Below are positions 24,848 to 31,777 of a stretch of DNA of 31,777 nucleotides, piece by piece (positions within the stretch are counted from its first letter, which is position 1; each line of letters starts with the position of its first letter). This stretch comes from a virus. Its lineage: Duplodnaviria; Caudoviricetes. Made by a program: the position numbers and the translations under genes. The stretch spans positions 1 through 31,777 of the IMG/VR virus record IMGVR_UViG_3300030376_004713; one strand, 5' to 3'. Under the pieces are notes generated by a model. It worked only from the letters and a program-made list of their open reading frames with translations. It had not been told where the DNA came from and searched no databases.

Positions 24848-26050
24848 ATGTCAGAAGAAATAAAAGCAAAGGTTGTAGAAGATGAAAATCCGTCTACAGC
24901 TGAAAAAGAAACTAAAGTTCTTAAAAAAATGGGGCTTGATACTGGAACCGAAACGGTTACCAAAGTAGATTTAAGAAAACCTAAAAAAGAAAAAGATGCC
25001 ATTCAAGAGCAAAGCACAGATGAGGTTCTTGTACGCGACGAATCCAGCGTTAGCGAAAAAGTTCAAGAAAAAAACGAAACGCAGCTTGAAAAGTCTACCG
25101 AACAAAGCGAAGAAGAAAAAGAAACGATAATTGAAGAAGTTTCGCAGGAAGAACAACCAAAGACTGAAATAAAAAAAGAAGAGCCTGTTGTACAAAAAAA
25201 AGAAGAGGCTCAACCGGAATTTAATATACCTGATGGAGTAACAGAGCTAGTTAATTTTATGAATGAAACTGGAGGCTCTATGGAAGATTATATTAAATTA
25301 AATAAAAATTATTCAGAATTAGACGAAAACAATTTACTTAAAGAGTATTATAACAATACAAAGCCTCATTTAAATACGGAGGAAGTAAATTTTTTAATTG
25401 ACGATAAATTTTCTTTTAATGAAGAATTAGATGACCCTATCGAAATAAAAAGAAAGCAATTAGCTTTTAAAGAAGAATTAGCAAATGCTAAAAATCATTT
25501 AGAAGGTCAAAAAGAAAAATACTATAAAGAAGTTAAAACTACAGGTGCTTTAAGCGCGGAGCAGCAAAAAGCTGTTAACTTTTTTAATAGATACAATACT
25601 GAGCAACAAGAAATTGCTCACCAACAAGAAAAAGCGACAAATACGTTTAACCAAAAAACAAATGAAGTTTTTAATCAAGAATTCAAAGGTTTTGATTTCA
25701 ACATTGAAGATAAAAAATATAGGTTTAAACTAAAAGATGTAAATAAAATTAAAAATACTCAAAGCAATGTAATGAACGTTTTAGGTAGTTACCTAGATGA
25801 TAAAAATACATTAAAAGATGGGTATGGTTATCATAAAGCATTATTTGCCGCAAAAAACGCTGATAGCATTGCAAATCATTTTTATCAGCTTGGTAAAACA
25901 GAAGCCGTAAAGGAAATCTCAGCAGAGTCCAAAAATATAAATATGGACCCAAGACAGACTAGTACCGGTTATGTTGAATCAGGAGGAATAAAAGTAAGAG
26001 CAATATCAGGAGACGATAGCTCAAAGCTACGTATTAAGTTAAAAAAATAA
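24848..26050 (+). CDS. Probable capsid scaffolding protein (400 aa)
   Basis: Glu-rich disordered N-terminus, helical core, basic C-terminal tip; directly upstream of the major capsid gene. Confidence 0.7.
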   Translation: MSEEIKAKVVEDENPSTAEKETKVLKKMGLDTGTETVTKVDLRKPKKEKDAIQEQSTDEVLVRDESSVSEKVQEKNETQLEKSTEQSEEEKETIIEEVSQEEQPKTEIKKEEPVVQKKEEAQPEFNIPDGVTELVNFMNETGGSMEDYIKLNKNYSELDENNLLKEYYNNTKPHLNTEEVNFLIDDKFSFNEELDDPIEIKRKQLAFKEELANAKNHLEGQKEKYYKEVKTTGALSAEQQKAVNFFNRYNTEQQEIAHQQEKATNTFNQKTNEVFNQEFKGFDFNIEDKKYRFKLKDVNKIKNTQSNVMNVLGSYLDDKNTLKDGYGYHKALFAAKNADSIANHFYQLGKTEAVKEISAESKNINMDPRQTSTGYVESGGIKVRAISGDDSSKLRIKLKK

Positions 26051-26074
26051 TAATAATTTAAATATAAATATAAA

Positions 26075-27523
26075 ATGGCAGCAATAACTCCATCAGCTGG
26101 AAGCTCGTTAAACTCAACGCCAGCACCAGCTAAACAGACATTATCGTCTAACTACCTATCATTTACAGGTGGTTCTAACGATTGGTCTCAGCAGTATTTA
26201 CCAGACTTATATGAGCAAGAAGTAGAAGTATTTGGAAACAGATCTATAGCTTCTTTCTTAAGAATGGTAAGCGCTGAAATGCCTATGACTTCTGACCAAG
26301 TAGTTTGGTCTGAGCAAGGTAGACTACACTTACACTACAAAGGTGCAGCAGTAGCTAACACCGGTGTAATTACAATTGCATCTTCAGGAACTCACGCAGT
26401 AAGAGTTGGACAAACTATCGTGCTTAGCGATAACCAAACTTCTCCTACAGTAATTAAAGCGTATGTTTCTGCAGTAGCAGCGGACAACACAACTCTAACG
26501 GCAATTCCTTATACAGGAGGTGCTACAGTAGGAGCTGTGTCTGGTTTCGTAACAACAGATGACGATGGTACAGCAACTTGTGATTTATTCGTGTATGGTT
26601 CTGAATTTAAAAAGGGAACATCAGGAATGACAAACGCGGTACAACCATCTTTTGCTTCTTTAACTAATAAGCCAATTATCATTAAAGATAAGTATGAAGT
26701 TTCAGGATCTGATTCTTCTCAAATTGGATGGGTTGAAGTAACAGGAGAACAAGGACAGTCAGGTTACTTATGGTACTTAAAAGCTGAAGGTGACACAAGA
26801 CAAAGATTCGAGGATAACCTTGAAATGGCAATGATTGAAGGTGAATTAGCAAAAGCAGCTGGTGGTGTTGACTCACAACTAGGTACTGCTGGATCTGATG
26901 ACACTGCAGGTACAGAAGGTCTTTTTGCAGCAGTAACTGCAAGAGGTCACATTACAACTGGTATCGCTGGAACATCGCCAACAGATGACTTAGGTTCGTT
27001 TGATAACATTCTTAAGAAATTTGATGCTCAAGGTGCAATCGAAGAAAACATGTTATTCATTAATAGAGACGTATCTCTAGCGATTGATGATATGTTAGCA
27101 ACACAAAATTCTTACGGTGCAGGTGGTACATCTTACGGTGTATTTTCTAACAGTGAGGATATGGCGCTTAACTTAGGTTTTTCTGGTTTTAGAAGAGGTT
27201 CTTATGACTTCTACAAAACTGACTGGAAATACTTAAACGATGGGTCAACAAGAGGTATTATTGAAAACGACGTAAGAGGTATAATTGTGCCAGCTGGTAC
27301 ATCTACTGTTTATGACCAAATTCTTGGTAAAAACATTAAAAGACCTTTCTTACACGTAAGATATAGAGCTTCACAATCAGATGATAGAAAAATGAAATCT
27401 TGGACAACTGGATCAGTTGGAGGAAACTTCACTTCAGATTTAGACGCAATGGAGGTTCACTACCTATCAGAAAGATGTTTAATTACTCAAGGCGCTAATA
27501 ACTTTATGTTATTAACTTCTTAA
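26075..27523 (+). CDS. Major capsid protein (482 aa)
   Basis: Position after portal and scaffold, strong terminator downstream, high-expression codon style, motifs WSEQGRLH, GYLWYLK, GTEGLF, LGFSGFRRGSYDFYK, HYLSERCL recognised from Bacteroidota phage capsids. Confidence 0.9.
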   Translation: MAAITPSAGSSLNSTPAPAKQTLSSNYLSFTGGSNDWSQQYLPDLYEQEVEVFGNRSIASFLRMVSAEMPMTSDQVVWSEQGRLHLHYKGAAVANTGVITIASSGTHAVRVGQTIVLSDNQTSPTVIKAYVSAVAADNTTLTAIPYTGGATVGAVSGFVTTDDDGTATCDLFVYGSEFKKGTSGMTNAVQPSFASLTNKPIIIKDKYEVSGSDSSQIGWVEVTGEQGQSGYLWYLKAEGDTRQRFEDNLEMAMIEGELAKAAGGVDSQLGTAGSDDTAGTEGLFAAVTARGHITTGIAGTSPTDDLGSFDNILKKFDAQGAIEENMLFINRDVSLAIDDMLATQNSYGAGGTSYGVFSNSEDMALNLGFSGFRRGSYDFYKTDWKYLNDGSTRGIIENDVRGIIVPAGTSTVYDQILGKNIKRPFLHVRYRASQSDDRKMKSWTTGSVGGNFTSDLDAMEVHYLSERCLITQGANNFMLLTS

Positions 27524-27532
27524 ATTTTTCTT

Positions 27533-27581
27533 AGTAGAGCAGGGTGTGATCAATTGGATTAGCACCCTAGCTTTACTTTTT
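27533..27581 (+). terminator. Intrinsic terminator after the capsid gene
   Basis: AGTAGAGC-AGGGTG...CACCCT-a-GCTTTACT stem followed by a T-tract. Confidence 0.8.
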
Positions 27582-27604
27582 ACTAACTTATATTATATTA
27601 TATC

Positions 27605-28423
27605 ATGAATAAAAAAACAAAAGCTCTAAAGAGCACAGAAACAGTAGTTGCAGAAGCACCTGTTAAAGAAATTATTAAACAAGAGCCAGTAGTAAAAAAG
27701 CCTACTTGGCAATTAAAAGACAGAATATATGTCTTAAAAGAGGGGTTATCTCCCCTTACTTATACAATAAAAAGCTCTAACATATACTATTTTGATGAAG
27801 AAAAAGGATATGAAAGAGAATTAAAATATACAACAAATCAAAAAACACCGTTTGTAGATGAATTTGTAGGAGATTCAAAATTAGAACATATAACTTTTGA
27901 AGATGGGCAGTTATCTGTACCAAAATCCAAACAAACATTACAAAAACTTTTATCATTGTATCATCCACAAAGAAATGGATTGTTTTTTGAATTTGATCCA
28001 GCAGCACGAGCAGAAGATGAATTAGATTTTATTGAAATGGAAGTTGATGCTTTAAACATAGCAATGGACATGGAAATTGACCAGATTGAGGCTATAGTGC
28101 GCACAGAAGTTGGAAATAAAGCATCTCAGATGTCTTCTAAGGAACTTAAACGTGATTTGATTAATCTAGCTAAGAAAGACCCAAGAATGTTCTTAGAATT
28201 AGCTTCTGATGAAAACATAAATATTAGAAATATGGGTATCAAAGCAGTTGAAGCAGGTATTATTAAACTTTCAGCTGATCAAAGAACATTTACCTGGGGC
28301 TCAACTAATAAAAAATTAGTTACTGTTCCTTATGAAGAAAATCCATATTCAGCTTTAACAGCATTCTTTAAAACCGATGAAGGTGTTGAAGTTTATACTG
28401 CTGTTGAAAAAAGATTAAAATAG
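27605..28423 (+). CDS. Conserved hypothetical protein of the head-tail module (272 aa)
   Basis: Clean ORF between capsid and tail genes; no function recognised. Confidence 0.85.
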   Translation: MNKKTKALKSTETVVAEAPVKEIIKQEPVVKKPTWQLKDRIYVLKEGLSPLTYTIKSSNIYYFDEEKGYERELKYTTNQKTPFVDEFVGDSKLEHITFEDGQLSVPKSKQTLQKLLSLYHPQRNGLFFEFDPAARAEDELDFIEMEVDALNIAMDMEIDQIEAIVRTEVGNKASQMSSKELKRDLINLAKKDPRMFLELASDENINIRNMGIKAVEAGIIKLSADQRTFTWGSTNKKLVTVPYEENPYSALTAFFKTDEGVEVYTAVEKRLK

Positions 28424-28429
28424 TCAATA

Positions 28430-28462
28430 ATAGTCACGGCCCTTAATTGGGCCAAAGGCTAT
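28430..28462 (+). other. Intergenic hairpin without U-tract
   Basis: GGCCC (28438-28442) ttaatt GGGCC (28449-28453) with outer ATAGTC/GGCTAT. Confidence 0.5.
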
Positions 28463-28475
28463 AATAAATAATAAT

Positions 28476-29177
28476 ATGGCCATAAATGTAAATACAGTAT
28501 ATAGAACCGTACTATCTCTTCTTAATAGAGAGCAACGAGGATTCATGACACCTGATCAATATAATAGGTTTGCCAGAATGGCGCAGTTAGATTTATTAGG
28601 GCAAGCTTTTTTTGATTATAATCGTTATTTAACAAGAAAAGAAACTGGGACTATAAATGACGAATATGCAAATTTAGCAAAATTAGCTAAAGAAAAAATT
28701 GACATATTTTCTACTTCAGCAACATTAAGCTTTACGAGCGGAGTTGCAGTAGCTCCTACTAATTTATATAAGTGCTTAATGATTAGTACAGATTCACGAG
28801 CAGTTGAAGTAATAGAAATACAAAAATCAAAGTTACCTCAAATTACATCTTCAAAGCTAACAGCCCCCAGCACTTCGTATCCAATATATTATAAGCAAGG
28901 TTCAAATGTTTATATATTGCCTTCAACAATTTCATCAGCAACGCTAGACTATATATATAAGCCAACAGATCCTGTTTGGGCTTTTACTACAGGAAGCACT
29001 TATGGGGATATGCAGTATTCAAGTACAAATTCAATTGATTTTTCTCTGCATGATTCCGACGAAGTAAGTTTAATAATAAAAATATTATTATTAGCAGGAG
29101 TTACTATTAAAGACCCTAATGTTGTGCAAATAGCAAAACAAGAAGAAGTGCAAAAAATTAATCAAGAAAACACATAA
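28476..29177 (+). CDS. Structural protein, probable head-tail adaptor / tail ring (233 aa)
   Basis: VNTVYRTVLSLLNREQRGFMTPDQYN N-terminus and YIYKPTDPVW motif; synteny with crAss-like ring proteins. Confidence 0.65.
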   Translation: MAINVNTVYRTVLSLLNREQRGFMTPDQYNRFARMAQLDLLGQAFFDYNRYLTRKETGTINDEYANLAKLAKEKIDIFSTSATLSFTSGVAVAPTNLYKCLMISTDSRAVEVIEIQKSKLPQITSSKLTAPSTSYPIYYKQGSNVYILPSTISSATLDYIYKPTDPVWAFTTGSTYGDMQYSSTNSIDFSLHDSDEVSLIIKILLLAGVTIKDPNVVQIAKQEEVQKINQENT

Positions 29178-29180
29178 TAA

Positions 29181-30284
29181 ATGGGACTAATCACACAATC
29201 AGCTAGAGAGTATTACGAAGGCTCGCAGTTATTTACAGGAGATGGATCTACTACAACTTTTACATTAACTTTTACACCATTACCAACAGCAGAGTCGGTA
29301 TTTAGAGTGTTTATAGCAGGCTTAGAAGTTGATGACGACTTACATAGTTACGCTAGCGACACAGGAGTTATAACTTTTACGTCAGCACCGGCAAATGGGG
29401 CTGTAATAAAAGTTTTACTAGAAAATCAAAACACAGGAAATTATAGATATATTTCGCTTACTGATATAGTAAATAACTTTTTAGTTGCATACGTGGGAGA
29501 TGGAAAAATAATAGACCATGTTTCAAAACAAGATATACTATTCCATTCTAAAAGAGCAATACAAGAATTTAGTTATGATGTTTCAAGAGTTGAAAAAATA
29601 TTAGAAGTTTCAATCCCTACAACGCTAGTTGTGCCTATGCCTCAAGACTATGTTAATTACGTAAAACTATCATGGATAGACGACAATGGTTTAGAAAGAC
29701 GTATATATCCTACAAGTCAAACTTCTAGGCCTTCGCAAACAGCATTACAAGACACCGACGGAGACTATTTATATGATAATGATAATTCATTATTACAAGC
29801 AGATAGTCAAACAATACCTTTATTTGAGGGGATTGAAACAAATGCGGCATTAGGTTCTTCAAGCGCAAATGATTATTTTACTCATAATTCAGATTATAGC
29901 GACAGTATAATAGGATTCGGTAAAAGATATGGTAGTCATCCAGAACATTTACAAGTTAATGGTGTATTTGTAAACGATGAAGCAAATGGCCAGTTTGGAT
30001 TTAGTAGTAATTTATCTGAAAAAACATTAACATTACACTATATATCTGATGGGTTAGGTACGGATGCAGAAATGCAAATTCACAAAATGGCGGAGGAAGC
30101 TTTATACAAACATGTAGCTTACGCTATTTTATCTTCAAAACAAAACGTTCCTGAATACATTATAAATAGATTTAAAAGGGAGCGAAGAGCGGCTATGAGA
30201 AATGCTAAGCTAAGACTTTCAAATGTTAAACTTGCTGAAATTGCAGCAACAATGAGAAACAAATCTAAACAGATTAAACACTAG
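29181..30284 (+). CDS. Structural protein, probable tail tubular/ring protein with an inserted beta-sandwich domain (367 aa)
   Basis: MPQDYVNYVKLSW and LHYISDGL motifs; insert FTGDGSTTTFTL...APANGAVIKV near the N-terminus. Confidence 0.65.
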   Translation: MGLITQSAREYYEGSQLFTGDGSTTTFTLTFTPLPTAESVFRVFIAGLEVDDDLHSYASDTGVITFTSAPANGAVIKVLLENQNTGNYRYISLTDIVNNFLVAYVGDGKIIDHVSKQDILFHSKRAIQEFSYDVSRVEKILEVSIPTTLVVPMPQDYVNYVKLSWIDDNGLERRIYPTSQTSRPSQTALQDTDGDYLYDNDNSLLQADSQTIPLFEGIETNAALGSSSANDYFTHNSDYSDSIIGFGKRYGSHPEHLQVNGVFVNDEANGQFGFSSNLSEKTLTLHYISDGLGTDAEMQIHKMAEEALYKHVAYAILSSKQNVPEYIINRFKRERRAAMRNAKLRLSNVKLAEIAATMRNKSKQIKH

Positions 30285-30288
30285 ATAA

Positions 30289-31777
30289 ATGCCAGAAATC
30301 AAAAATACTTTCCTTGGCGGGAAAATGAATAAAGACCTGGACGATAGGCTTCTACCAGAGGGAGAGTACAGAGATGCGCAAAATATTGAAGTATTAAAGC
30401 CCGATGGCTCAAATATGGGTGTTATACAAAATGCCGCTGGTAATACAATAGCTCATACAACGCTTAATTTATCCTCAGACGTAGACGTAATTGGAACGTA
30501 CTTTGATGAAAAAAACAAACGTATATATTGGTTTGTTACAGATAACAATGATTTATCGGCTACAGATTGGTATATAGATTCAGGATTAACTGACCCGCGA
30601 TTTCATGCTATTTACTATTACGATGCGAATCCCTCCAGTGCAACATTTAAAACAGCTAAAGCAATTGTAACTGGAAGATTCTTAAAGTTTAGTAAAAAAT
30701 ATAAAATTACTGGGGTTGCAATGATTGATGATTTATTGTTTTGGACAGATAACAAAAATCAACCAAGAAGAATTAATGTTGTAAAAGCAATTGGGGATAC
30801 AGATTTTTATAATAATGAATTAAAAATAAGTTTAGCTAAGTATGCTCCATATACACCTGTTGTGTTTATGACAGAAAATGATATTAATGGAACTTCTACA
30901 ATGAGTAATGACGCAACACTTGAAAATGATTATATAGAAGAAGAGTTTGTAAGATTTTCATATAGGTATAAATTTAATGATAATGAATATTCTGTATTAG
31001 CCCCATTTACTCAAATAGCATTTCAACATTCTTATAAGTCAAGCTCAGAATACGGCACATTTAATGAAGCCGCGGAAGCTAGAGCATATCAATCTACAGA
31101 GCTAGATGGGATGATAAACCATGTTAACACTGCTGTTTTAGGTATTGATTTGCCGAGCATTAACCCTAATGCTGATTTTGAAATAAAAGAAGTAGAAATT
31201 ATAATCAAAGAATCGGATAGTACTGTAGCAAGAATAGTTGAAACAAAAACATTAACTGATGCTGATATTTCTTCTACATTTTATACATATACTTATAAGT
31301 CTGACAATCCACAAGAAACTTTACCGGAAGATCAAATAACAAGAGTTTTTGATAATGTACCTACAAAAGCAAAAGCATTAGACATAGTAGGCAACAGATT
31401 GGTATTTGGTAACTACTCACAAAATATAACTGTTCCAACATTAGATTATACAGTATCTTTTGGCGCAAAAGGAACTCAAACTTTTACAGGTAATAATAGC
31501 ACTACGGCATTTACATTAACTTTAAAATCTCCTACTACTGGAGCTTCAAGCATTCCGCCAACAAATAAAAATCAATTTAACGTATATATAAATGATGTAC
31601 TAGTAACTTCTACAGATTATATATATAATACGACTACAGGTGTTATAACATTTACTACCGCTCCTGCAACTGGAGCGGCTATAACAGTGGTGTTAGCAAA
31701 CCCTGAATATCCTGATAGCTCTTTAAAACAAAGAAGAACATATCAAATAGGTGTTGTATTAGCTGATATATTTGGAA
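30289..31777 (+). CDS. Tail stabilisation / nozzle protein (P22 gp10-, T7 gp12-like), 3'-truncated by the window (not in ORF track)
   Basis: Translated by hand: MPEIKNTFLGGKMNKDLDDRLLPEGEYRDAQNIEV..., LLFWTDNKNQPRRINV, FVRFSYRYKF, GNRLVFGNY, SLKQRRTYQIGVVL; open to the end. Confidence 0.8.
   Translation, partial: MPEIKNTFLGGKMNKDLDDRLLPEGEYRDAQNIEVLKPDGSNMGVIQNAAGNTIAHTTLNLSSDVDVIGTYFDEKNKRIYWFVTDNNDLSATDWYIDSGLTDPRFHAIYYYDANPSSATFKTAKAIVTGRFLKFSKKYKITGVAMIDDLLFWTDNKNQPRRINVVKAIGDTDFYNNELKISLAKYAPYTPVVFMTENDINGTSTMSNDATLENDYIEEEFVRFSYRYKFNDNEYSVLAPFTQIAFQHSYKSSSEYGTFNEAAEARAYQSTELDGMINHVNTAVLGIDLPSINPNADFEIKEVEIIIKESDSTVARIVETKTLTDADISSTFYTYTYKSDNPQETLPEDQITRVFDNVPTKAKALDIVGNRLVFGNYSQNITVPTLDYTVSFGAKGTQTFTGNNSTTAFTLTLKSPTTGASSIPPTNKNQFNVYINDVLVTSTDYIYNTTTGVITFTTAPATGAAITVVLANPEYPDSSLKQRRTYQIGVVLADIFG

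Noticed and set aside
1-31777. Stop-codon reassignment as in some crAss-like phages
   Set aside because: Long genes are intact in the standard code, and TAG (6244, 28423, 30284) and TGA (6383, 6780) end genes at sensible boundaries.

Overview
AT-rich (~30% GC by eye) segment of a tailed dsDNA bacteriophage, most consistent with the marine Bacteroidota (Flavobacteriia)-infecting, podovirus-like phages that have crAss-like/Cellulophaga phi38:1-type head and tail genes. Host assignment is inferred from SD-less A/T-rich start contexts, a TAnnTTTG motif and gene families recognised from memory. Layout: (1) 1-1225, two small minus-strand genes, each preceded by a same-spacing promoter-like motif and followed by a structured repeat element with compensatory base changes; (2) 1221-1395, a GC-rich non-coding strand-switch island; (3) a long plus-strand arm with groEL-groES, a winged-helix protein, about ten very small, mostly Lys/Arg-rich proteins, a CxxC-less exported thioredoxin-fold protein, a holin, a tandemly duplicated three-gene tail-fibre/adhesin module, a tandem GroES-like protein, TerS/TerL, portal, scaffold, major capsid protein and tail tube/stabilisation genes (the last truncated by the window edge). 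Best candidates for undescribed biology: a probable overprinted lipoprotein-like gene (plus a second ORF) in the +1 frame of terL where codon usage shifts sharply; the repeated minus-strand structured RNA-like element with a conserved GUAUAGC-AU-GUAUAGC core; and the duplicated stalk-adaptor-tip adhesin module. No tRNA, rRNA, CRISPR array, integrase, reverse transcriptase or endolysin was recognised. All calls are by eye; no database searches were run.
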